DNA from: Macrostomum hystrix
Lineage: Eukaryota; Animalia; Platyhelminthes
Length of the DNA stretch: 64,000 nucleotides
Direction of reading: 5' to 3'
NCBI GenBank assembly: GCA_950097015.1
Contig: CATNEN010000031.1
Location: 2,170,001 to 2,234,000, forward strand
The notes beneath the pieces are model-generated. The model did no database searches. It was not told where the DNA came from and saw nothing but the letters and a program-made list of their open reading frames with translations. The number at the start of each line of letters is the position of its first letter. The first letter of the stretch is position 1. A program made the position numbers and the translations under genes. Shown here one piece after another: positions 52,138 through 63,861 of the stretch.

Positions 52138-55100
52138 ATGATGATCCCCGGAATATCATGTCTGCAAGTTAACACCCAGCACTGCGTGGCAGCATCAGTC
52201 AATCTGATGCGCACGACAGAGCGCATGATGCCGGGCCTTGTACTTGTGCAGGAGCCCTGGCTATCAAAGAACAAGCCAAGCAACATTCCTGCTGGCTATG
52301 ACTGCTTCTGCATGGCAGACTCTGTCCGCCCTAGATCACTGATCTATGCCGCAAAAGCCTTAAATGCGTGGATGAGACCCGATCTCTCTAACGGGGACAT
52401 CTGCGTCATCCAATCTGCACACATTGTGCCTAACAAGTTGACCCTCGTGGCATCCGCCTACCTGGCAGGCGACGCCCCCGTGGTTAGCGATACCCTCGTC
52501 GCCCTCTGTGAATTCGCCAGGGCACGAAACTTCGAGCTGCTCCTCGCGGGAGATGTAAACTCGCATCACACCCACTGGGGTAGCTCAAAAATCAATGACC
52601 GCGGCGAAGAGCTCCTGGCCTTCGTCAGCGGCACGCCTCTAAACTTCTGCAATGTGGGCAACACGCCCACTTTCGACAATGGGCGGTGGGCTGAGGTGCT
52701 TGACGTCACCCTGGCCTCACCCGGCATCCTCCCAAGGGTGCTGGGGTGGGAGGTGTGGGAGACCGAAAGCTCGCTCTCGGACCACCGTTTCATCCGTTTC
52801 AACATCGGCACCCCCGATAAGAAGCAAAAGCCTATTTGGAGGCGTAATGTCAGAAATACCGACTGGCCCGCGTTCAGCCAAAAGCTGCATGAGGGCCTTC
52901 GGGATTCTGACCCCTCCATGGCCATGGAAACCACGCAGGACCTGGATGGAGTGGCTGCCCTGCTGGGCGGCGCCATCACAGAGGCCTACGAAATGGCTTG
53001 CCCGCTCAAAGCCTACAAAGGCAAAAAATCGGCCCCCTGGTGGAACCCCGAGCTCGGAGTCCTAAGACGCCGAGCTAAGGCTCTCCAGAGGAAGCTGAAA
53101 ACCTCGCACGACCCTGATGACAAAGAGGCCTATACTCGCGCCATCCATGAGTTTAAGGGCCGGGTCAGAAGGGCAAAAGCGGACAAGTGGCGACAATACT
53201 GCGAAGGGCTTGAGGGCTCGCGGCCCACGGCCCGCGTGGTAAAGGCGCTCACCAACGACCGCTTCTCCAAGCTCTCATCGATTAAAAAGCCGGACGGCTC
53301 GATCACTGAGCGCCCGGAGGAAACGCTCGAGCTTATGCTAGGGCATTTCTTCCCGAGTGTACCGGCGCACTTCGGCCCAGACGACCACTCGCGTGGAGGT
53401 CAGGGCCTGGCTCAGTCACTCGTTACGAATGACCGCATCGTTCGCGCGGCTAAGTCATTCAATCCTTTTAAAGCACCTGGGCCAGATGGTATATATCCGG
53501 CCTTTCTGCATGAAGCGGTTAAAAATGGCCGCTTCCTCCATCTCCTCTGCAGACTTCTACGGGCCTGCATCGTGCTGGGCTACGTACCAGCGCGGTGGCA
53601 TGAAGCCCGGGTCGTCTTCATCCCGAAGCCCGCCAAAGGCGACTATCGCTCGGTCAAGTCTTATCGCCCGATAAGCTTGACTTCCACCTGCCTCAAGCTC
53701 ATGGAAAGACTGGTGCTCTGGCGCCTTCTTACTGTAGAGCTAGGGCGGGCCCCGCTCTCACCAAACCAGCACGCCTTTCGGGCGGGCCGGTCCACGGAGA
53801 GCGCCCTCCACTGCATTGTGGAGACTCTCGAGAAGGCAGTGCTGGGCAGCGGTTTTGCCCTGGCTGTTTTCCTTGATATTGAGGGGGCCTTCGATAACGT
53901 TATTTTCGAAGCCTTTGAGAAGGCCCTGGTTTCCAGGGCCACTCACCCCCACCTCGTCCGTTGGGTCATGTACATGATCCGGAATCGCCACGTGGTGGCC
54001 CACCTCGAAGGCAGGGTGCTCTCGGCACCTGTCCTAAAAGGAGGGCCCCAAGGCGGCGTCCTCACCCCACTGCTGTGGAATCTCGTCATGGATGAGCTGC
54101 TAAAAAGCACTCGGCCTGACCCAGTCCTGAAGGTGGGATATGCCGACGATGTGACCGCCATCTGCGCGGGCCCCTCGGCGGAAACCACCAGGGACCTCAT
54201 TCAGGGCTTTATCAACAGGGCGGTGCGCTGGGCGGACCAATGCGGGCTCCGACTCTCTGAGTCCAAGACCGTTGCGGTTATGTTTACCAGCAGGCTGCGC
54301 TGGACCATTGAGCCTCTGACTCTCTATGGCAAGAATATTGCCATGGAAAAGCAGGTCCGGTGCCTTGGTATCCTGCTAGACCATAGGCTTAACTGGACCC
54401 CGCACATTACCACAAAGGCCAAGAGGGCCCTGGCCATTCTGGCGCAAGTCAGGCGAGCCGTGGGCACCACTTGGGGGCTAACCCCCAAAAACCTTTGGTG
54501 GATTTACACGGCGATCATTAGACCGTCAGTCGCTTACGCTGGCCTCATCTGGGCCAGTGCCATGAGCATCCAGAAAAACCTGGAGGCGCTTTATAGGGTG
54601 CAGGGCAGAGCCTGTCGCATGACGCTGGGCGCCCCACCCTCCACTCCCTTTGAAGGCATGAACGCTTTCCTCAACGCTACACCCATTGACATTTTTGTTA
54701 AGGGGGAAGCGGCAAAGTCCACCCGTCGTCTCCTTGATGCGGGTGTATCCTTCCAGAATTCGCGAGCCTTCTCGAAGCGCTCCCTTCTGCCCCACTCTGA
54801 CCTCTGCCTGAAAACTCTGGGCGAGTGCGGAGGGCTCACCATCCTTTCGGACGGGGCCCCGGCCACTTTACTCCGGAGCCACAGGTACAAAGTCAGCATC
54901 TTCCCTCGTAATGAGGTAAAGGACTGCTGGGATGACCCCGCAGTCCACTGTTACACTGACGGCTCCCTGATGAACGGTAAATCGGGATTCGGGGTGTGCG
55001 TCGCCTCGGGTGGCGAGGTCCTCTGGACCCACTCCCAACACTGTGGCAAGAGCTCAAGCGTTTTCCAAAACGAAATGCTCGCCATCAGTTTCTGTGCGGC

Positions 55101-55842
55101 TGAGCTGCGCCAGAGGCAGCTGGCTGGTCGGAGGATCTTTTTTCACTCCGACAGTCAAGCAGCCCTCAAGGCCCTCAGTCGCTGCACCTCTCGCTCCAGA
55201 ACCACCTTGGACTGCAACACCCAGTTAAACGGTTTGGCGCAGTCTAACAAGGTGGAGCTGATGTGGATCCCTGGGCACGCCGGGCTCACAGGGAATGAGA
55301 TGGCGGACGAGCTTGCAAAGGCTGGAGCAGCCAGCTCCCTGATGGGCCCGGGCCCGGAATCCCCGATCCCCGCCTCCGTTGTCAACTCCAGCATCAACCA
55401 CTGGATGGAGACCCAGCACCGGAGGAGGTGGTCCAGCACCCTGAACTGTCGCCAGTCCAGGGCTGCGGTGCCAACCCCCTCTAGTAACCTGCATAAGGCC
55501 TTACTCAGGCTAAACCGCAGAGACCTGAGAGCAGTCACCATGGCCCTTTCGGGACATGGCTGCTTCACCAGACACCGCTACCTCCAAGGCCACGTGCCTG
55601 AGGAAACGTGTCCTTTCTGCTGCTCCGGCCGTGAAAACGCCGAGCATTTCATTTGCCACTGCCCGGCCTTCACCCGGGCTAGGCTAAAACACCTCGGGCC
55701 GGCACCGACTCTTGCCGAAGCCTGCTCGCCCGAGAACATCCCTCAGCTCGCCCACTTCCTCCGGGATACCGGCCGAGCTGATTTCTTCCCAGCCTATGGC
55801 GAGGAAGATCGCGCGGCGGAACCGACCGACGGACCACCCTGA
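52138..55842 (+). CDS. LINE ORF2: AP endonuclease, reverse transcriptase, RNase H and CCHC knuckle (1234 aa)
   Basis: QEPW, GDVN, SDH (APE); [34 protein letters not shown] (RT); YTDGS, QNEM, SDSQAAL, WIPGH, NEMAD (RNase H); CPFC..H..C. Confidence 0.97.
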   Translation: MMIPGISCLQVNTQHCVAASVNLMRTTERMMPGLVLVQEPWLSKNKPSNIPAGYDCFCMADSVRPRSLIYAAKALNAWMRPDLSNGDICVIQSAHIVPNKLTLVASAYLAGDAPVVSDTLVALCEFARARNFELLLAGDVNSHHTHWGSSKINDRGEELLAFVSGTPLNFCNVGNTPTFDNGRWAEVLDVTLASPGILPRVLGWEVWETESSLSDHRFIRFNIGTPDKKQKPIWRRNVRNTDWPAFSQKLHEGLRDSDPSMAMETTQDLDGVAALLGGAITEAYEMACPLKAYKGKKSAPWWNPELGVLRRRAKALQRKLKTSHDPDDKEAYTRAIHEFKGRVRRAKADKWRQYCEGLEGSRPTARVVKALTNDRFSKLSSIKKPDGSITERPEETLELMLGHFFPSVPAHFGPDDHSRGGQGLAQSLVTNDRIVRAAKSFNPFKAPGPDGIYPAFLHEAVKNGRFLHLLCRLLRACIVLGYVPARWHEARVVFIPKPAKGDYRSVKSYRPISLTSTCLKLMERLVLWRLLTVELGRAPLSPNQHAFRAGRSTESALHCIVETLEKAVLGSGFALAVFLDIEGAFDNVIFEAFEKALVSRATHPHLVRWVMYMIRNRHVVAHLEGRVLSAPVLKGGPQGGVLTPLLWNLVMDELLKSTRPDPVLKVGYADDVTAICAGPSAETTRDLIQGFINRAVRWADQCGLRLSESKTVAVMFTSRLRWTIEPLTLYGKNIAMEKQVRCLGILLDHRLNWTPHITTKAKRALAILAQVRRAVGTTWGLTPKNLWWIYTAIIRPSVAYAGLIWASAMSIQKNLEALYRVQGRACRMTLGAPPSTPFEGMNAFLNATPIDIFVKGEAAKSTRRLLDAGVSFQNSRAFSKRSLLPHSDLCLKTLGECGGLTILSDGAPATLLRSHRYKVSIFPRNEVKDCWDDPAVHCYTDGSLMNGKSGFGVCVASGGEVLWTHSQHCGKSSSVFQNEMLAISFCAAELRQRQLAGRRIFFHSDSQAALKALSRCTSRSRTTLDCNTQLNGLAQSNKVELMWIPGHAGLTGNEMADELAKAGAASSLMGPGPESPIPASVVNSSINHWMETQHRRRWSSTLNCRQSRAAVPTPSSNLHKALLRLNRRDLRAVTMALSGHGCFTRHRYLQGHVPEETCPFCCSGRENAEHFICHCPAFTRARLKHLGPAPTLAEACSPENIPQLAHFLRDTGRADFFPAYGEEDRAAEPTDGPP

Positions 55843-55961
55843 GCGGCACCGCCTCGCTGGAGGCCGTCTGGCTGCCAGGGGTTAGCGATATGGGCGGCAA
55901 CAGCCGCCTCCTCGCTGCGTCCGTCATGGAGGCCCCCTGCCGCTAAGTCAAGTAAGTCAAG

Positions 55962-56730
55962 TCCTAAAATCTATGTACATCCTCCTTAAGTCTATGTACA
56001 TCCTCCTTAAGTCTATGTAGATCCTCCTAAAATCTCTGAAGATTCTCCTAAACTCTATGTAGATTCTCCTAAAATCTCTATAGATTCTCCTAAAATCTCT
56101 ATAGATTCTCCTAAAATCACTATTGATTCTCCTAAAACTCTATAGATTCTCCTAAAATCTCTATAGATTCTTCTAAAATCTCTATAGATCCTCCTAAGAT
56201 CTCTATTGATTGTTCTAAAATCTCTATAGATTATCCTAAAATCTCTATAGATTCTCCTAAAATCTCTATAGATTATCCTAAAACTCTATAGATTCTCCTA
56301 AAATCTCTATAGATTCTTCTAAAATCTCTATAGAGTCTCCTAAAATCTCTATAGATTCTTCTAAAATCTTTATAGATTCTCCTAAAATCTCTATAGATTC
56401 TCCTAAAATCGATGTAGATTATCCTAAAATCTCTATAGATTCTCCTAAAATCGATGTAGATTTTCCTAAAGTCTTTATAGATTCTCCTAAAATCACTATC
56501 GATTTTCCTAAAATCTCTATAGATTCTCCTAAAACTCTATAGATTCTCCTAAAATCTCTATAGATTCTTCTAAAATCTCTATAGATCCTCCTAAGATCTC
56601 TATTGATTGTTCTAAAATCTCTATAGATTCTCCTAAAATCTCTATAGATTCTTCTAAAATCTCTATAGATTCTCCTAAAATCTCTATAGATTCTCCTAAA
56701 ATCTCTATAGATTCTCCTAAAATCTCCTAA
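55962..56730 (+). repeat. 21-bp minisatellite, right part
   Basis: Tandem repeat continuing from 49790-49908. Confidence 0.95.
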
Positions 56731-57544
56731 AAATTGACTCGGGCAGAAATTCAAAGCGCGAGTTTTTCTAAATTTCCATGACCATATTTTGAAAGAAGGC
56801 AAAAAACAAAAGCAATTCAGAGTGCTCCAAATTAATTCGCGCTTCGCCCCCAAATCGCCGATTGCTTTGGTAGAAATAAAGCCTAGCTTTGATAGGCATA
56901 GGCAGAGAATATTATGGACCCAAGCGGTCCGTTCGGAGCGGCAACTGATAAGTGCATTTCGCTCGAACCCACACAAAGCACCGCGACCTGATCCCACACA
57001 CACGCACACGCACACACACACAGCTGTGTTTGCAATCGTTACCCGAGTTGCAGGCCCCACAAATTCGCCTTTTTATGGGCCTACGCGAGTGGGGTTTGTA
57101 CAGCCAGCTAGGGCCAACAAGCACTGCGACAGGCCGTATGATAATGCCCAGCTATAGCTCTACTGAGTTGTTGAAACACACGCCAACAATCAGTGCTGGG
57201 CACACCTTCCTTGGTTTCTCCCGAGCACAGGTAATCGAATATAGTTTAAGTACTTTTCTCGTCTGGCCTGCATGGCTGTCCCTCATCTTTTAGGCCGATT
57301 TTCTAGCCGATAATCCCGAATGCGAGCAAGGCAAGCCGGATTAGCTCAGAAATTATCGGCTTAACGTTGGGGATCGTGCGAATACCCTGCACCTGAGTTG
57401 AGCTGGGCCAAAGGACTCAGAATGGCAGGTAAGGGTGAGGGAGAAACAAACAAATAATTCAGACTGAAATCCAGATTGCATCTGAGCAGTCAATTAGCCG
57501 CAGGTTAGCTTGGACACGAATTCTGATATATGCTCCATTAGATG

Positions 57545-58190
57545 GGGGTGAGTGGCAGAGTTGTTAACAGTAGAAAGCCTGAATTTCTCACGACGTCAGC
57601 AACGTCGAGATATTCAGCGATACTATTGTCGAAGACACTGGCGACAAGGACAACTCTGTATGAACCTTCAGGGCAAATTCATAGTGGTTCAATAATAGCA
57701 AAAATATACTTATAACCATGAATTACAACCAGCAATAATTCCCAAAATGGTTTCATGATGACATAATATTGGTAGTTTTTGCCACAAGATACCCTGACGA
57801 GAGAATCTTTGAATATATCGACGATGCCGATGTTTTGTGATTCTGTAAGTTGTTTCACCGGATAGAGCGTATACTGACGCGTCTGCCTCTCGCACCTTGA
57901 GCTCGATTCCGCTGCCAGGCCACATTCATTTGGGGCGCAGCTACGGAAAGACGGCTACACGGCTTTTGCCGTGTCATTTAAGCCCTTGAGGACCATCTCC
58001 ATGGCACAGTGAGAGTGTACTCTGCCTGACGATGAGAAAGTCAGGACAGATGTGCACACCTCTGTGCGTGTGTGCTCAGGAGTCAGCGGAATGGGCAGAA
58101 TTGCCTCCTCGCTGGTTGCGGGTCTACTGTCACGAAAAAATGATGTGCCATGGCCCGCAGCTCCACCGAAAATATATTTTTTATAATTAT
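57545..58190 (+). mobile_element. SINE family B copy interrupted by about 300 bp of unrelated sequence (57561-57863)
   Basis: ggggtgagtggcagag at 57545, then acgcgtctgcctctcgcacc resumes near 57877; body matches the 40458 copy. Confidence 0.75.
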
Positions 58191-59109
58191 GCATTAGATT
58201 GCTTCGAAACACAGTGTTCGAGCTTTTACATGGCTGAGCTCTCAAACCAGAGCTCACAAAAACACACAAACTAAGGAAACAATATCAATGGTCACAGCAC
58301 AGCTGCTGGGTCAAATATCCGGCCAGGAAACTACCGTGATGAAGCCTGGATGTCCAGCAGACACGCCAGTCTGCTCAAGTCTGCTTGTTCTATTATTTAC
58401 GAATATTTCTGGTCGGCCGTTGAAATTAGCCGCTTAGGTAAATTGCTAGAGGCAGGAAATAAATGTGATGTCGGAGAGTGTTTGCGAGAGACGCGACTCG
58501 CCTTGCTGATGACAGTGAAGTGACACACACACACGCACACACATACAACAGTGAGACTCTGTGAACAAACACCACATCTTTCAGTTCAAATATTGATTTG
58601 ACACCTCTGTTACCTGTTATGGCCCCGCCTAGACTATACTGCCTGACATGTCAAGCAGGTCCTTGCAATTTGTCTTTGCAAAATTAATTTTTCTGTCCTA
58701 TTAATACAGTATTCTCATGTTCCACTGGCCTGGAGACACAAGTCAAGAATTTGACTTGGGACGTGTGAGGCAGGGGCAATAAGACAGTGCTCATTATTTA
58801 CTCAGGCCTATCTCACAACTCAGTTGTTGCAGATCCAACACACGCCATCAAATATCCAACCTGCCGCACTGAACTTGTCCCAGAAAGGTAGGAAGGAAAA
58901 CTTTTCAATAAAAGTGGAAATACATAAAAGCAGAATTAGCAGCTATTGTTGCAGCTTTTTTTAATGAATTTTAGCCTATGGTTACCAACTGGGATAAATT
59001 TAATTATGCTAATTAAACTCAATACTTACAAAAAAATTACTTCTTTATCAACTGCATCCATAACGGAATCTATTTGCGGCTTATTTTTCCGCGTGTTAGA
59101 CTAGCTATC

Positions 59110-61112
59110 CACTCTTTTACTTCATCCATGGGATAGATTAGCAATCCGTTCTGTTCCTTCATCCATGGGATAGATTAGCAATCCATTCTGTTACTTCCTC
59201 CATGGGATAGATTAGCAATCCATTCTGTTACTTCCTCCATGGGATAGATTAGCAATCCATTCTGTTCCTTCATCCATGGGATAGATTAGCAATCCATTCT
59301 GTTACTTCCTCCATGGGATAGATTAGCAATCCGTTCTGTTCCTTTATCCATGGGATAGATAAGCAATCCATTCTATTCCTTCATCCATGGGATAGATTAG
59401 CAATCCATTCTGTTCCTTTATCCATGGGATAGATTAGCAATCCGTTCTGTTCCTTCATCCATGGGATAGATTAGCAATCCATTCTATTCCTTCATCCATG
59501 GGATATATTAGCAATCCATTCTATTCCTTCATCCATGGGATAGAGTAGCAATCCGTTCTGTTCCTTCATCCATGGGATAGATTAGCAATCCATTCTATTC
59601 CTTCATCCATGGGATAGATTAGCAATCCATTCTATTCCTTCATCCATGGAATAGATTAGCAATCCGTTCTGTTCCTTCATTCATGGGATAGATTAGCAAT
59701 CCATTCTGTTACTTCCTCCATGGGATAGATTAGCAATCCGTTCTGTTCCTTTATCCATAGGATAGATTAGCAATCCATTCTATTCCTTCATCCATTGGAT
59801 AGATTAGCAATCCATTCTGTTCCTTTATCCATGGGATAGATTAGCAATCCATTCTATTCCTTCATCCATTGGATAGATTAGCAGTCCATTCTGTTCCTTC
59901 ATTCATGGGATAGATTAGCAATCCATTCTATTCCTTCATCCATCGGATAGATTAGCAATCCATTCTATTCCTCCATCCATTAGATAGATTAGCAATCCAT
60001 TCTATTCCTTCATCCATGGGATAGATTAGCAATCCGTTCTGTTTCTTTATCCATGGGATAGATTAGCAATCCATTCTATTCCTTCATCCATGGGATAGAT
60101 TAGCAATCCATTCTATTCCTTCATCCATGGGATAGATTAGCAATCCGTTCTATTCCTTCATCCATGGGATAGATTAGCAATCCATTCTATTCCTTCATCC
60201 ATGGGATAGATTAGCAATCCATTCTATTCCTCCATCCATTAGATAGATTAGCAATCCATTCTATTCCTTCATCCATGGGATAGATTAGCAATCCGTTCTG
60301 TTCCTTTATCCATGGGATAGATTAGCAATCCATTCTATTCCTTCATCCATGGGATAGATTAGCAATCCATTCTATTCCTTCATCCATGGGATAGATTAGC
60401 AATCCATTCTATTCCTCCATCCATTAGATAGAGTAGCAATCCATTCTATTCCTTCATCCATGGGATAGATTAGCAATCCGTTCTGTTCCTTTATCCATGG
60501 GATAGATTAGCAATCCATTCTATTCCTTCATCCATGGGATAGATTAGCAATCCATTCTATTCCTTCATCCATGGGATAGATTAGCAATCCGTTCTATTCC
60601 TTCATCCATGGGATAGATTAGCAATCCATTCTATTCCTTCATCCATGGGATAGATTAGCAATCCATTCTATTCCTCCATCCATTAGATAGATTAGCAATC
60701 CATTCTATTCCTTCATCCATGGGATAGATTAGCAATCCATTCTATTCCTCCATCCATTAGATAGATTAGCAATCCATTCTATTCCTTCATCCATGGGATA
60801 GATTAGCAATCCGTTCTGTTCCTTTATCCATGGGATAGATTAGCAATCCATTCTATTCCTTCATCCATGGGATAGATTAGCAATCCATTCTATTCCTTCA
60901 TCCATGGGATAGATTAGCAATCCATTCTATTCCTCCATCCATTAGATAGAGTAGCAATCCATTCTATTCCTTCATCCATGGGATAGATTAGCAATCCGTT
61001 CTGTTCCTTTATCCATGGGATAGATTAGCAATCCATTCTATTCCTTCATCCATGGGATAGATTAGCAATCCATTCTATTCCTTCATCCATGGGATAGATT
61101 AGCAATCCATTT
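59110..61112 (+). repeat. 37-bp satellite (ccatgggatagattagcaatccattctattccttcat), about 54 units
   Basis: Tandem repeat. Confidence 0.97.
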
Positions 61113-61580
61113 AGTTTATTGTTTTTAATTAAAAAGAAAAATGTATATATTTTACTAAAACTGTACTTTATGAAACTGAGGGGGCAGAAAAGAAATTAGC
61201 AGAAGAAGCATTCTGCATACTACTACTAGTAGCTGATATGATAATTAACAAATCATCGATAATGTATTTTCATTGTTTCATTGGTAGCACGGTGGCATTC
61301 ATAGTTTTAAAATTCGATACATAAAAATGTGTTATCCTTTGTTACAATATTTTAACTGACTAAATAAAAGTACATTATCTGGTTAAAGTTAAAAAACTTT
61401 CTCATCATTATTTAATTTGTTATTCGAGTTAAAAAACGCGATTCTGATCAAGTAAAACCTGGTTCAAATCTCTACTTTTTTAGCTGGGTAAGCAGATGTA
61501 CATTTGAGCTTTGCAGTGCAGTCCGAGTTGCTATGATGATCAAATTTGAAGGCTCAGTAAACTTCCAGCTGCAGTATGCA

Positions 61581-61583
61581 TCA

Positions 61584-61620
<37 letters not shown>

Positions 61621-62747
61621 GCTTCGGAGGGCATATCAAACACGCTGACGAAGTCACCTTCGATCAGCTGGGTGCTAAACGTTGGCGGAAGCATCGGCTG
61701 CTGCTGCTCTAGCTGCCCAGTGCAAGGGTACTGCTGTCCATACTGATGCTGCTGCTGCTGATGCTGGTAAAGGTACAGCGGATGGTACGGTCCAGGTGCG
61801 AATGGCAGGGATGCAAAAGGGTTAGCAGCGAATGTCTGTGGCTGCTGCTGCTGCTGCTGTTGATAATAAAAGTACTCCGCCGGCTGGTATTGGCCATAGA
61901 ACGCCGCTGGATGCATGCCCGGATCACTAGGACGCTTGTTGCCATGATAGTTGTTGCCATGGAAACCGCTCGAGTGACGCCGATCCGGCATATTCGGATG
62001 GCTGGCCTTTCGGCATGGCTCCGCAGCCAGCTGAGCCGGGACATGATGCGGCTGGCTCAGCTGACGGCCCAGCGGCTGAAGCGTCCAGGGATTGAACGAG
62101 ACGTTGAACAGAGCAGCTGGTGCAGCCGAGCAGCCGTCGCCTACACCGCTGCTTGCCAGCGACGCCTGGGACGAACTGAACAGCTCGCTCAGCTCGTCAA
62201 GCGAACCCAGAGACGATGACGCCGCCGTCTGTCTGGTCGTCAACGGCGTCGGACGAATGTCCAGTAGGTCGCAGTCAGGCTGCGTCACCTCCGGCTGAGT
62301 CACCTCCGGCTGCGTCACCTCCGGCTGCGTCAGCTGCGGCTGCATCACATCCGGCTGCGTCACCTCCGGCTGCGTCACATCCGGCTGCGTCACCTCCGGC
62401 TGCGTCACATCCGGCTGCGTCACATCCGGCTGCGTCAGCTGCGGCTCTGTCGCTTCCGGCTGATGAAAAGTCGACGAGTCACCACCGCCAACCCCAGCGA
62501 AGTTTTCGCTGGACTGCTTCGATTCGCCCGCCGTTGCTTTCTAAGAATGACGCATGCGATTCGAGCTCTTATTATCGCTAGTTGCGCACTCAACTTCTAC
62601 TTGTGATCAAAGAAATGAAATGGTAAGATCCATTTAATTGAGATGCATCTCACGCGTAACCAGCGAAAAACTCACTTCGGCTTCCTCGTCGCGGCTCTCC
62701 TTGACCAAGCGAAACAACTCGCGCAGGTCCTGCATCAGCGGAGCTGC
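61581..62747 (-). CDS. Last two coding exons (62676-62747, 61581-62540) of an unidentified Gln/Ser/Pro-rich protein; upstream exons not identified, probably beyond the window
   Basis: attctag|GCA...GAA|gtgagt (72 nt, phase 0) and ttcttag|AAA... open to the stop; poly-CAG runs and GC-rich codons. Confidence 0.75.
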
Positions 62748-62819
62748 CTAGAATGACAAACAGGCGGAAACTGTCCTTGGTTACTGAGCAAAGCAATCGA
62801 CTTCGTTCTTTCGTTCGAC

Positions 62820-63740
62820 TATAGGATGGATTAGCAATCCATTCTCTTACTTCATCAATGGGATAGATTAGCAATCCATTCTACAACTTGATCCATGGGA
62901 TGGATTAGCAATCCATTCTGCAACTTGATCCATGGGATAGATTAGCAATCCATTCTCTTACCTCATCAATAAGATAGATTAGCAATCCATTCTGCAACTT
63001 GATCCATGGGATAGATTAGCAATCCATTCTATTCCTTCATCCATTGGAAAGATTAGCAATCCATTCTGTTCCTTCATCCATGGGATAGATTAGCAATCCA
63101 TTCTATTCCTTCATCCATGGGATAGATTAGCAATCCATTCTGTTCCTTCATCTATGGGATAGATTAGCAATCCATTCTGTTCCTTCATCCATGGGATAGA
63201 TTAGCAATCCATTCTGTTCCTTCATCCATGGGAAAGATTAGCAATCCATTCTGTTCCTTCATCCATTGGATAGATTAGCAATCCATTCTGTTCCTTCATC
63301 CATTGGATAGATTAGCAATCCATTCTGTTCCTTCATCCATGGGAAAGATTAGCAATCCATTATATTCCTTCATCCATTGGAAAGATTAGCAATCCATTCT
63401 ATTACTTCATCCATGGGATAGATTAGCAATCCATTCTGTTCCTTCATCTATGGGATAGATTAGCAATCCATTCTGTTCCTTTATCCATGGGATAGATTAG
63501 CAATCCATTCTGTTCCTTCATCCATTGGAAAGATTAGCAATCCGTTCTGTTCCTTCATCCATGGGATAGATTAGCAATCCATTCTATTCCTTCATCCATG
63601 GGATAGATTAGCAATCCATTCTATTCCTTCATCCATGGGATAGATTAGCAATCCATTCTGCTCCTTCATCCATGGGATAGATTAGCAATCCGTTCTGTTC
63701 CTTCATCCATGGGATAGATTAGCAATCCCTTCTGTTCCTC
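62820..63740 (+). repeat. Second block of the same 37-bp satellite, in an intron of the Gln-rich gene
   Basis: Same unit and orientation as 59110-61112. Confidence 0.97.
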
Positions 63741-63779
63741 ATATTTTCAACTCAACACAATATCGTAATTGCACCCAAA

Positions 63780-63860
63780 GTTGACTGAAAACGATTAAAA
63801 CTATTGCACGGCGCAACTGAAGGCTCCCTACGGCTGTTCAGTCCATGGACTGGGGGAAAG
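63780..63860 (-). mobile_element. SINE family A 3' fragment
   Basis: gttcagtccatggactggggg is the reverse complement of the ccccagtccatggactgaac motif. Confidence 0.7.
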
Positions 63861-63861
63861 C

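Larger units (their letters stand above)
49909..55961 (+). mobile_element. Intact full-length non-LTR retrotransposon (Loa/R1-like), about 6.05 kb, with 13-14 bp TSD tcctaaaatctat(g)
   Basis: TSD at 49896-49909 and 55962-55975, two uninterrupted ORFs, structured UTRs and a TAAGTCAAG x2 tail. Confidence 0.95.

Noticed and set aside
54368-55327. The 960-bp deletion in the first LINE copy as a spliced-out GT-AG intron
   Set aside because: The observed junction ccttggtccagcc has three extra bases relative to a clean splice product.
55825-55961. LINE 3'UTR and SINE-B contain the HDV L3-like string GCCTCCTCGC, and the LINE has GCTAA
   Set aside because: No P2 pairing and no GG directly after P1'. 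It is better explained as the 3' recognition stem-loop.
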